From NCBI GenBank assembly GCA_963801015.1, contig CAWDCV010000002.1, positions 1,060,118 to 1,124,117 on the forward strand: a stretch of 64,000 nucleotides of DNA, given 5' to 3'. This DNA is from an uncultured Actinomycetota bacterium. GTDB lineage: Bacteria > Actinomycetota > Actinomycetes > CAWDCV01. The position numbers and the translations under genes were made by a program. Below are positions 56,351 through 64,000 of the stretch, in pieces. The notes under the pieces were generated by a model that saw only the letters and a program-made list of their open reading frames with translations, did not search any database and was not told where the DNA came from. Each line of letters begins with the position of its first letter. Within the stretch, counting starts at the first letter, position 1.

Positions 56351-57303
56351 CAGGCGGTCGAGTTCTCGTCCTTCGCGCCCTCGGCCTGGGGGACCTGCTC
56401 ACGGCCGTACCCGCGCTGCGCGGACTGCGTCGAGCGCTGCCCGCCGCCGAAATCGTCCTCGCCACCGACCCTGCTCTCCAGCCGCTCGTGGACCTCAGCG
56501 GGGCGGTCGACGTCGTGCTGCCGGCGCGCGGGCTGGGCCGGCTGTCGTGGTTGGGTCCCCCACCGGCAGTGGCGGTCAACCTGCACGGCTGCGGTCCGCA
56601 GAGCCACGACACGCTCGCTGCGCTACAGCCGGACGAGTTGTGGGCGTTCGCGACCGGGTCGTACCCAGGGCCACCGTGGCAACCCCCGGACGGCGAAGAG
56701 CATGAAGTCGAAAGGTGGTGCCGGCTGCTCGCGGCGTACGGCGTTGCGACTGACCCCGCTGACTTCGACCTGGACCGGCCGGTGGGCGTCGAGAGCCCCG
56801 CGCCCGGAGCAGTGGTGATCCACCCGGGAGCGGGTTACGCCAGCAAGCGGTGGCCGGCAGAGCGGTTCGCGACGGTGGCGCGCAGCCTTCGCTCGCGCGG
56901 GTGCCGCGTCGTGATCACCGGCTCGCGGCACGAGCTGCCCATCGCCACGCAGGTCGCGCACCTCGCGGGCCTCACGCACGAGGACATGCTGGCGGGGAAG
57001 ACGTCAATCGCGTCGTTGGCCGCGCTCGTCGCTGACGCCTCGCTCGTGGTGTGCGGCGACACCGGCATCGGCCACCTGGCCACGGCGTACGCGACCCCAT
57101 CGGTGCTGCTGTTCGGACCATCGTCGATCGCCGAATGGGGGCCGCCGCCGTCCCGATCGGCGCACGTGGTGCTGCGCCACCCGACCGCCGGAAGCGTGGA
57201 CCCACGCGGCGACACAGTCGATCCAGGCCTGCTCGCGCTCACCGTCGACGATGTCCTTGAGGCTGCGCCGCTGGCCGGGCTGCTTGAGGGGGCAGTCAGC
57301 TAG
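56347..57303 (+). CDS. glycosyltransferase family 9 (heptosyltransferase-like), second copy
   Basis: MTGGRVLVLRALGLGDLLTAVPALRGLRRALPAAEIVL... and VCGDTGIGHLATAYATPSVLLFGP; GTGA overlap with the SDR gene. Confidence 0.8.
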   Translation: MTGGRVLVLRALGLGDLLTAVPALRGLRRALPAAEIVLATDPALQPLVDLSGAVDVVLPARGLGRLSWLGPPPAVAVNLHGCGPQSHDTLAALQPDELWAFATGSYPGPPWQPPDGEEHEVERWCRLLAAYGVATDPADFDLDRPVGVESPAPGAVVIHPGAGYASKRWPAERFATVARSLRSRGCRVVITGSRHELPIATQVAHLAGLTHEDMLAGKTSIASLAALVADASLVVCGDTGIGHLATAYATPSVLLFGPSSIAEWGPPPSRSAHVVLRHPTAGSVDPRGDTVDPGLLALTVDDVLEAAPLAGLLEGAVS

Positions 57304-57324
57304 GCGAGCCGCCGATGCTCGTGG

Positions 57325-57723
57325 TCATGGTGCAACAACGAGAAGGCCAGTGTGGCTGGCGAGCAGCTCGAAGTCGCGGTCGGCGTGGAGTACCTGGAGT
57401 TCCGCGCGGTGCGCCACCGCCGCGATGAGGCAATCGGACAACGCGCGGACGGTGGCTCCGCCGCGTCGGCAGCGGCGGTAGAGAGCGGCAGCTTCCTCAA
57501 AGTCGGCGAGTCCCTCGACAGGGACGAGATGGCAACGCGCCAGCATCCGGCGCAGTCGCTGGAGATGCACGTCGTCGCGAGCTCCCGCCAGCATCTCCAT
57601 GACGATCACGTCGGTGGTCGCGACCGGCACCTCGTCCTCAACGAGCTGGCGAACGGCGTGATGTGTTGCTGTGCCCGTCGCCCGAAGGAACTCCACCCAG
57701 GCGGAGGTGTCAATGAGAATCAC
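57325..57723 (-). CDS. vapC: type II toxin-antitoxin system VapC family toxin (PIN domain RNase)
   Basis: MILIDTSAWVEFLR...D..E...ADRDFE acidic PIN residues; 4-nt overlap with the upstream antitoxin gene. Confidence 0.85.
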   Translation of the reverse strand: MILIDTSAWVEFLRATGTATHHAVRQLVEDEVPVATTDVIVMEMLAGARDDVHLQRLRRMLARCHLVPVEGLADFEEAAALYRRCRRGGATVRALSDCLIAAVAHRAELQVLHADRDFELLASHTGLLVVAP

Positions 57724-57947
57724 GGTGCGCGATGCGCTCGATCGGTCCTCAGCTGCGCGAGGTCGCTATCCCACCCACTGCCTTCCATGTCCAGCGCCTC
57801 ATCACGGGTCAACGCTTCTCCCACCAGCCGGCGAAGCGCTAGCTCGACGGCGGCTCGCTTGGACGGCAGGCTGTAGCGCCGCATCGCCTCCTCCACCAGC
57901 ACATCGTCGATCTCGATATTGGTGCGTGTCACGACACCACGATACAC
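57720..57947 (-). CDS. vapB: type II toxin-antitoxin system VapB family antitoxin
   Basis: (V)TRTNIEIDDVLVEEAMRRYSL... matches the VapB/DUF2191-like antitoxin N-terminus; the true start is probably the GTG at about 57932. Confidence 0.8.
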   Translation of the reverse strand: MYRGVVTRTNIEIDDVLVEEAMRRYSLPSKRAAVELALRRLVGEALTRDEALDMEGSGWDSDLAQLRTDRAHRAP

Positions 57948-58018
57948 CTTAAGGTGTAGAGATGGCGGCTCGTTCTGTACAGCGCATGGCCGGCGCAGCG
58001 GCGGGGTAGGTCGTCACC

Positions 58019-58375
58019 GTGACGAATCAGAGCGGCGGCATTCCGGGGACCCAATTGAGCGACGAAGACCTCATGCGCGAGATGCAGCACCTCCACGAGA
58101 CGCGGCACGACGCGGTGCTGCACGCTAGCGACGACGCGCTCGAGACGCACACCCGCCGGATGCACGAGCTGGAGGACGAGTACGTGCGCCGTGATCCGGG
58201 TCGCGACATCGACCCGGACCGGCTGCGCAGCGGCGCCCGGGAGAGATCGGGCCAGCAGGCTCAGCCGCAAGCTCTGCAGCACACAGAAGACGATGCCTAC
58301 TCGTCCCTGCACGACATGGGCGGCGACATCGGCCCGGCGTCGATCGCCGGCTCCGGGGATCGACGCGACATCTGA
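58019..58375 (+). CDS. DUF6158 family protein (conserved actinobacterial hypothetical)
   Basis: LSDEDLMREMQHLHETRHDAVLHASDDALETHTRRMHELEDEYVRRDPGRDIDPDR signature. Confidence 0.65.
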   Translation: MTNQSGGIPGTQLSDEDLMREMQHLHETRHDAVLHASDDALETHTRRMHELEDEYVRRDPGRDIDPDRLRSGARERSGQQAQPQALQHTEDDAYSSLHDMGGDIGPASIAGSGDRRDI

Positions 58376-58544
58376 CCCCGGCCCGCCGGCGTGGCTCCCC
58401 TCTTTCAACGATCATGGACTGATGGCACGCGACACGCCGGTGAGCGGGCGCCGTCGAGGTGGATGTCTCCATGATCGTTGCTGATGGGGACGGCGGGACC
58501 GTTCTGTCGGTATGTCGTGATGGGGTCGTTCCCGGAGGGATGCG

Positions 58545-58922
58545 ATGACCCCACAGGATGTGGTGCAGAGATTCTGGGCCGCGATTGCGGCGCGCGACTG
58601 GGCGAGCATGGCCGACCTGCTCCACCCCGACGTCGTCGTCGAGTGGCCGGCGAGCGGTGAGCGCATCGTCGGACGAGACAACGTCGTAGCCGTCAACCGT
58701 GAGTACCCCGAAGGCTGGGCCATCGACGTGCTCCGGGTGATCGGTGACGACGACGTGGTCGTCTCTGAGGTCGAGGTGCCGCACCAAGGGCTCGGCGTGT
58801 TCCGGGCCGCATCGTTCTGGACAGTCCGCGACGGGTTGATCGTCTCGGGGCGGGAGTACTGGATCGGCGTCGGCGCCGAGGAGCCGCCGGCGTGGCGGTC
58901 TGCGTACGCCGAGAAGGTGTGA
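58545..58922 (+). CDS. nuclear transport factor 2 family protein (SnoaL-like)
   Basis: MTPQDVVQRFWAAIAARDWASMADLLHPDVVVEWPASGERIVGRDNV... is a SnoaL-like signature. Confidence 0.75.
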   Translation: MTPQDVVQRFWAAIAARDWASMADLLHPDVVVEWPASGERIVGRDNVVAVNREYPEGWAIDVLRVIGDDDVVVSEVEVPHQGLGVFRAASFWTVRDGLIVSGREYWIGVGAEEPPAWRSAYAEKV

Positions 58923-58960
58923 GTCGTTTGCGGCCGGCAGGCAGGGGTACGCGGCGCCCT

Positions 58961-59989
58961 ATGCGGATCGTGGTGACGGGCGCGAGCGGCAACGTGGGCA
59001 CAGCGCTGCTGCGGCGGGCCGCAGCCGATGGCGATGTCGATGTCGTCGGTATCGCGCGTCGTCGTCCCGACGAGTCGGCGGCGCCGTACGCGGGCGCCAC
59101 CTGGGTGACGTGCGACGTCGGTGAATCCACCTCGATCAGCACACTCATCGACGCGATGCGGGGCGCCGATGCGGTTGTCCATCTCGCCTGGCAGATCACG
59201 CCCTCGCGCGATGAGCCGGCGATGCGGCGGACCAACGTCCACGGCTCGCGGCAGGTCGCGACAGCAGCGGTGTCCGCCGACGTCCCTCACCTCGTGCACA
59301 TGTCGTCAGTCGGTGCGTACTCGCCAGGGCCGCATGCCCGCCGAGTCGACGAATCGTGGCCGACCGATGGCGTCGAGACGTCTACGTACAGCCGCCACAA
59401 GTCGACCGCCGAGCGCCACCTCGACACCGTCGAGCGCGACAACCCCGAGCTCGTCGTAACGCGCGTCCGACCGTCACTGATCTTCCAGCGGGACGCGGGC
59501 AGCGAAGTTGGCCGCTACTTCCTCGGCCCGGTGCTCGCTGCCGCCGCCTCGCCGCTGCTCAAACTGTCGACGCCGATCCTGCCGGTGCCTGCGCGGCTAC
59601 GGCTGCAAGCGGTCCACGCCGACGACGTCGCCAGCGCACTCGTGCAGATCGTCCGCCGCCGCGCCGGGGGCGCGTTCAACCTGGCGTCGGAGCCGGTCGT
59701 CCGGGCCGTGGATCTCGCCCAGCTGCTGGGTGCGCGGCTGGTCGATACGTCACCAGCCGTCGTCCGGCGCGCGGCCGACCTGTCGTTCCGTACGCATATT
59801 CAGCCGACCGAGGCCGGTTGGTTCGACATGGCCATGTCAGCGCCGCTGCTCGACACGACCCGTGCCCGCGAGGCGCTGGAGTGGACGCCGACCGTCGACG
59901 CCAAGGATGCGGTGAAGGAGATCCTCACCGGGGTGGCCGAAGGCGAGGGCGCCGATAGCGCACCGATGGAGCCCCGCGGCGACGCGTGA
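58961..59989 (+). CDS. NAD-dependent epimerase/dehydratase family protein
   Basis: MRIVVTGASGNVGTALL Rossmann motif, YSRHK catalytic motif; start placed at ATG 58961 inside the longer track ORF. Confidence 0.75.
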   Translation: MRIVVTGASGNVGTALLRRAAADGDVDVVGIARRRPDESAAPYAGATWVTCDVGESTSISTLIDAMRGADAVVHLAWQITPSRDEPAMRRTNVHGSRQVATAAVSADVPHLVHMSSVGAYSPGPHARRVDESWPTDGVETSTYSRHKSTAERHLDTVERDNPELVVTRVRPSLIFQRDAGSEVGRYFLGPVLAAAASPLLKLSTPILPVPARLRLQAVHADDVASALVQIVRRRAGGAFNLASEPVVRAVDLAQLLGARLVDTSPAVVRRAADLSFRTHIQPTEAGWFDMAMSAPLLDTTRAREALEWTPTVDAKDAVKEILTGVAEGEGADSAPMEPRGDA

Positions 59990-60280
59990 TGCCGCCTACT
60001 CCCGTTGCTATGTCGTGCCCTTGGGTACGCCCGGGGCGAGCTCAATGGCCCGCCGGCGGTTGATACGCGCCGGCCGCGCCGGTCGACAGCATGGCCGCCG
60101 CGCGACCGGCCGCGCTGTCCCCGATGAAGACCCGCCGCACAGCGTCCATCGGGACGTGCAGATCGACCACGGAATCCCACGCAGAACCGCACGCCAAGCA
60201 CGCGCTGCCGCCATCATGCCGGGACTGAGCATGCCGGACTCAGACTCCAGCGCGACGCATCGGCCAGATGTCGGGGGGCG

Positions 60281-60694
60281 TTAAGCCCGGTGGTGTTCGG
60301 TGGCGCCGCCGAGCGACTCCCACACCTCGTTCACGTTCTGGTACTCGCGGCCGTCGGGTAGCCGCTGCAGCGTGTTCAGCACCGCATCCGGCGCGTTGTT
60401 GTCGCTTGCCACGTCCACGAGGATCTGCCGGTTACCAGGGAAGGCAGCTATCCCGAGATAGCGCGCGAGCTCGCTGCGGCCCGCGACATCGCCCGCGCTC
60501 ATGTCCATCCCGGCCCCGCTCGCCCCGTCGGCGTTGGGGATCAGGTCGACGTCGGGCTCGTCCTCCCCGGACGGCTCCGGGTCCAGCCATTCCTCAGCGC
60601 GCGTGCTGTGACCGCTGCGCACCATGCCCTCGGTCTGGGCCTTGAGTTTGTCGTCCTCGAGCGGGCCATGCTTGTCGCTCTGCTGCTGGCTCAT
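60281..60694 (-). CDS. DUF2795 domain-containing protein
   Basis: C-terminal ...LARYLGIAAFPGNRQILVDVASDNNAPDAVLNTLQRLPDGREYQNVNEVWESLGG matches DUF2795; start at ATG 60694. Confidence 0.7.
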   Translation of the reverse strand: MSQQQSDKHGPLEDDKLKAQTEGMVRSGHSTRAEEWLDPEPSGEDEPDVDLIPNADGASGAGMDMSAGDVAGRSELARYLGIAAFPGNRQILVDVASDNNAPDAVLNTLQRLPDGREYQNVNEVWESLGGATEHHRA

Positions 60695-60793
60695 GCCTCG
60701 GCCGCTACCCGCGCCCGCCAAGGCGAAACAGAGGTGAAACGGTGGCGGCAGCATGGCGGCATGAGACCTCGACGAACGGGAAGGCGTGTGGGC

Positions 60794-61885
60794 ATGGATC
60801 TCAGCAGGCTCTCGTCGGTGTACGACGTCCCCGGGCCCTTCGCCACGGCTTACCTCGATACCAGCCGCGACTCGGAGAACGCGGCTCACGAGATCGAGCT
60901 GCGCTGGCGAGCGGCGCGCCAGGAGCTGGAGGAGCAGGGCGCCCCGGCCAGCGCTCTCGACGCGATGGCAGCCGCGATCGGCGAGGACCGCGGCGTTCCC
61001 GGACGGCACGGTCGGGTGCTCGTAGCCGCCGGCGACGACATCGTCCTCGACCTCGTCATGCCGAGTCCGCCGCGCCGCGAGATCGCGCGGTTCGCTCCGC
61101 TCCCCCACCTCATGCCGCTCATCGCGCAGGCGGGCGCGTCCGTGCCTCACGTCGTCGTCGTCGCCGACCGCGTGGGTGCCGAGGTGCGCGTGGTCGGCCC
61201 CGGAGCGCAGGAGGATGACCACGAGGTCCGTGGCAACGACTTCGACATCCACAAGGTGAAGGCCGGCGGGTGGGCGAACAAGAAGTACCAGCAGTCGGCC
61301 GAGAACACGTGGGAGAAGAACGCAAAGCTGGTTGCGGAGGACGTGACGCGGGCAGTACGCCGTACCGGAGCCGCGGTGGTCGCCGTCACCGGGGACGTCC
61401 GCGCGGTCACTGACCTGCGGGACGAGCTACCTGAGGAGGTCGCCGGCCTCGTCCAGGTCGTCGAGGAGCCATCACAGCTGGACGAGCGCGTCGCCGACAT
61501 GGTGGCGTCGTACGAGCTGAACAACACCGGACAGGTCCTCGACGAGTACGAACGCGAACGCGGCCGGCACGAAGCGGCGGCCGACGGCCTCGCCGCGACA
61601 GTCGCCGCCTTACGGCAGGCACAGGTCGAGACGCTGCTACTCGTCGACCACCCAGACGCCGACGGCCGGGCGTGGATCGGTCCCGACCCGACCCTGCTCG
61701 CCCTGACCGAGCAGGAGCTGCGCGACCTGGGCGTCGAGGAACCGCAGCAGGATCGGATGGATGCTGCTCTCGTACGAGCCCTCGTCGGCACGGACGCCGC
61801 AATCGCAGTGCTGACCCAGGACACCGTCGAGCTCGACGGCGGTGTGGGCGCGGTGCTGCGCTACCCAAACCGGAGTGAGGCGTGA
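60794..61885 (+). CDS. Rv2629-like protein (bacterial eRF1/Vms1-type peptidyl-tRNA hydrolase-like domain, baeRF2 family)
   Basis: GGGAAGG RBS then ATG 60794; MDLSRLSSVYDVPGPFATAYLDTSRDSENAAHEIELRWRAARQELEEQGA... resembles the mycobacterial Rv2629 family. Confidence 0.65.
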   Translation: MDLSRLSSVYDVPGPFATAYLDTSRDSENAAHEIELRWRAARQELEEQGAPASALDAMAAAIGEDRGVPGRHGRVLVAAGDDIVLDLVMPSPPRREIARFAPLPHLMPLIAQAGASVPHVVVVADRVGAEVRVVGPGAQEDDHEVRGNDFDIHKVKAGGWANKKYQQSAENTWEKNAKLVAEDVTRAVRRTGAAVVAVTGDVRAVTDLRDELPEEVAGLVQVVEEPSQLDERVADMVASYELNNTGQVLDEYERERGRHEAAADGLAATVAALRQAQVETLLLVDHPDADGRAWIGPDPTLLALTEQELRDLGVEEPQQDRMDAALVRALVGTDAAIAVLTQDTVELDGGVGAVLRYPNRSEA

Positions 61886-62865
61886 CAAACACGCGATTCG
61901 GCTACTTTCTCTCCACCGAGGAGCAGGGGCCGGCGGAGCTGGTGACTCAGGCGCGGTTGGCGCAGGACGCGGGTTTCGAGGCGCTGTGGATCAGCGATCA
62001 CTACCACCCATGGAACGACGAGCAGGGCCAATCACCGTTCGTCTGGTCCGTCATTGGTGCGCTGTCCGAGGCCGTGACGATCCCGGTCACCACGGCGGTG
62101 ACGTGTCCGACGGTCCGCATCCATCCCGCCGTCATCGCCCAGGCTGCCGCCACTGCCGCCGTTCAGTTGGACGGCAAGTTCGTCCTCGGCGTCGGCAGCG
62201 GTGAGAACCTCAACGAGCACGTCACCGGCGCTCGGTGGCCGGAGACGGATGTACGGCTGGAGATGCTCGAAGAGGCCGTTGACATCATTCGAAAGCTGCA
62301 CCACCACGGCGAGTTCGTCAGTCACCACGGCACGCACTACACGGTCGAGAGCGCGCGTATCTACACGCTGCCCGCCGAGCCAGTGCCGATCTACATGTCT
62401 GGCTTCGGGCCCAAGGCGATCAAGCTTGCTGGCCGAATAGCCGACGGCTTCGTCTCCACGAGCCCCGATGCCGATGCTGTCAAGCTGTTCCGCGATAGCG
62501 GTGGCCTCAGCAAGCCGACGCAGGCCGGGACGAAGGTCTGTTACAGCACCGATCGCAAGGAAGCCATCAAGACTGCTCACCGACTCTGGTCGAACTCCGG
62601 CCTGCCCGGCGAGCTGTCGCAAGAGCTGCCAAGTCCACGTCACTTCGAGCAGGCGTCGCAGATCGTCACCGAGGAGATGACGGCCGACGCCGTCGTCTGT
62701 GGCGACGACATCGACGAGCATGTGGAGCTGCTGCAGGAGTACGTCGACGCGGGCTTCGACGAGGTGTACGTCGGTCAGATGGGTCCAACGTCCGAAGAGT
62801 TCTTCCGCTTCTACTCCGAGAAGGTGCTGCCTCGATTGAATACGGCACGGTTGAGTACGGCGTGA
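61882..62865 (+). CDS. LLM class F420-dependent oxidoreductase (glucose-6-phosphate dehydrogenase-like subfamily)
   Basis: MTNTRFGYFLSTEEQGPAELVTQARLAQDAGFEALWISDHYHPW... matches the F420-dependent G6PD-like subfamily of LLMs; GTGA overlap with the upstream gene. Confidence 0.8.
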   Translation: MTNTRFGYFLSTEEQGPAELVTQARLAQDAGFEALWISDHYHPWNDEQGQSPFVWSVIGALSEAVTIPVTTAVTCPTVRIHPAVIAQAAATAAVQLDGKFVLGVGSGENLNEHVTGARWPETDVRLEMLEEAVDIIRKLHHHGEFVSHHGTHYTVESARIYTLPAEPVPIYMSGFGPKAIKLAGRIADGFVSTSPDADAVKLFRDSGGLSKPTQAGTKVCYSTDRKEAIKTAHRLWSNSGLPGELSQELPSPRHFEQASQIVTEEMTADAVVCGDDIDEHVELLQEYVDAGFDEVYVGQMGPTSEEFFRFYSEKVLPRLNTARLSTA

Positions 62866-64000
62866 CAGAACGCGTCGATGAGGCGACACGAATCGCGCAT
62901 GACGTCTTTGGTTGGGAGGCCCTTCGAGTCGAGCAGGAGCAAGGCGTCGGCGCGCTCCTCAGTGGCCGCGACGCACTCGTCGTCATGCCGACGGGTTCGG
63001 GTAAGTCGGCGATCTACCAGGTAGCAGCACTCCTGCTCGACGGTCCCACGGTCGTGGTCTCGCCGCTGCTGGCTTTGCAGCGTGATCAGCTCCGCGCCCT
63101 GCTTGCGCGCGGCGACTCGACCGGCGGCGCAGTGCGCGTCAGCTCGCACGAGCGCGGCAGCGAACGGGCGGCTGCGTACGAGGCGCTGCGCGCGGGCGAG
63201 GCCGAGTTCTTCTTCGTCACCCCCGAGCAGCTGGCAAGGGACGAAGTCCTCTCGTCCGTCGCCACGGCGAAACCCTCCCTGTTCGTCGTCGATGAGGCGC
63301 ATTGCGTCTCGGCGTGGGGTCACGACTTCCGGCCCGACTACCTCCGGCTCGGTGCAGCAGCCGATGCTGTCGGCCGCCCGCCGCTGCTCGCGCTCACCGC
63401 CACGGCGTCGCCACAGGTCCGCGAGGAGATCGTCGCGCGCCTGCACATGCGCGACCCTGCCGTCATCGTGTCCGGCTTTGACCGACCCAACATCTTCCTC
63501 GACGTGACTCGACCGCTGAGCGCAGCCGAGCACAAGGAGTCAGTGCTGCTGCGTACCGTCGCAGCGACGAAGCCGGCGATCCTGTACGCGCCGACGCGGG
63601 CGACGACCGAGGAGTACGCCGAGCAGGTCGACGATGTCGGGCTGAGTGCCGTGGCATACCACGGCGGGATGAACGGCCGACGGCGCGAAGCTGCACAGCA
63701 AGCCTTCATGGATGGGACAGCCGATGTTGTCGTTGCCACGTCGGCATTCGGGATGGGCATCGACAAGCCGGACGTCCGTACGGTGCTGCATGCGTCGGTT
63801 ACGTCGTCTTTGGACACCTACTACCAGGAGATTGGGCGCGCCGGCCGAGACGGCGAGGCGGCCGAAGCGGTGCTGTTCTATCGACCCGAGAACTTCGGCC
63901 TCCGAGAGTTCCTCGTCACCGCTCCAGCAAAGGCGCAGGACTTGTACGCCACCGTGGCCGCGCTCGAAGCCGGCATCGATGCAACCGATCGCAGAGCGCT
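62862..64000 (+). CDS. recQ: RecQ family ATP-dependent DNA helicase (5' part; continues beyond window end)
   Basis: GTG 62862 overlaps the LLM stop. VTERVDEATRIAHDVFGWEALRVEQEQGVGALLSGRDALVVMPTGSGKSAIYQ (helicase motif I), FVVDEAHCVSAWGHDFRPDY (DEAH, motif II), and further on VATSAFGMGIDKPDVR and YYQEIGRAGRDG. Confidence 0.85.
   Translation, partial: MTERVDEATRIAHDVFGWEALRVEQEQGVGALLSGRDALVVMPTGSGKSAIYQVAALLLDGPTVVVSPLLALQRDQLRALLARGDSTGGAVRVSSHERGSERAAAYEALRAGEAEFFFVTPEQLARDEVLSSVATAKPSLFVVDEAHCVSAWGHDFRPDYLRLGAAADAVGRPPLLALTATASPQVREEIVARLHMRDPAVIVSGFDRPNIFLDVTRPLSAAEHKESVLLRTVAATKPAILYAPTRATTEEYAEQVDDVGLSAVAYHGGMNGRRREAAQQAFMDGTADVVVATSAFGMGIDKPDVRTVLHASVTSSLDTYYQEIGRAGRDGEAAEAVLFYRPENFGLREFLVTAPAKAQDLYATVAALEAGIDATDRRA

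Noticed and set aside
60008-60284. Possible small ORFs in the 290-nt convergent gap (for example a minus-strand ...VVDLHVPMDAVRRVFIGDSAAGRAAAMLST... reading)
   Set aside because: No start or RBS context and no recognisable family; could be a gene fragment but the evidence is insufficient.

Overview
This is a ~64 kb high-GC (~70%) chromosomal segment typical of Actinobacteria (Mycobacteriales/Propionibacteriales-like), with about 70 genes densely packed on both strands.

Gene content, in order: (1) a sugar-catabolic neighbourhood: a partial PMI-like cupin gene, GH63, a ROK regulator, DUF2252, frameshifted GH13 alpha-glucosidase and GH36 alpha-galactosidase. (2) A VOC/ECF41-sigma operon. (3) tRNA-Arg(ACG) and tRNA-Ser(GCT). 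(4) A cell-envelope module: LCP, a giant Pro/Ala-repeat polytopic membrane protein, DUF4397 and a class F sortase. (5) The tuberculostearic-acid pair bfaA/bfaB. (6) bioA coupled to an amine-oxidase-like flavoprotein. (7) A stress-type cluster: GAF-PP2C, SRPBCC, hemerythrin, DUF6328, ChaB-Rho_N and DUF4259. (8) A solitary hldE. (9) A thioredoxin-reductase-like fusion protein. (10) A MmyB/SDR/SDR/MmyB module. (11) F420-type LLM oxidoreductases. (12) A complete ADP-heptose pathway (gmhB, gmhA, hldE) interleaved and translationally coupled with two GT9 heptosyltransferases, two GT4-type transferases and an SDR. (13) vapBC. (14) An Rv2629/eRF1-like protein. (15) The 5' part of recQ.

The ADP-heptose/heptosyltransferase cluster in a Gram-positive genome is the most interesting candidate for an undescribed glycoconjugate or heptosylation system.

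Conserved genes carry at least six apparent single-base frameshifts sited at short homopolymers. There are also several gene remnants: an SDR with an internal deletion, SulP and YdeI fragments, and a tRNA 3'-end scar. This points to homopolymer sequencing errors, local gene decay, or both.

No CRISPR array, rRNA or intact transposase is visible.
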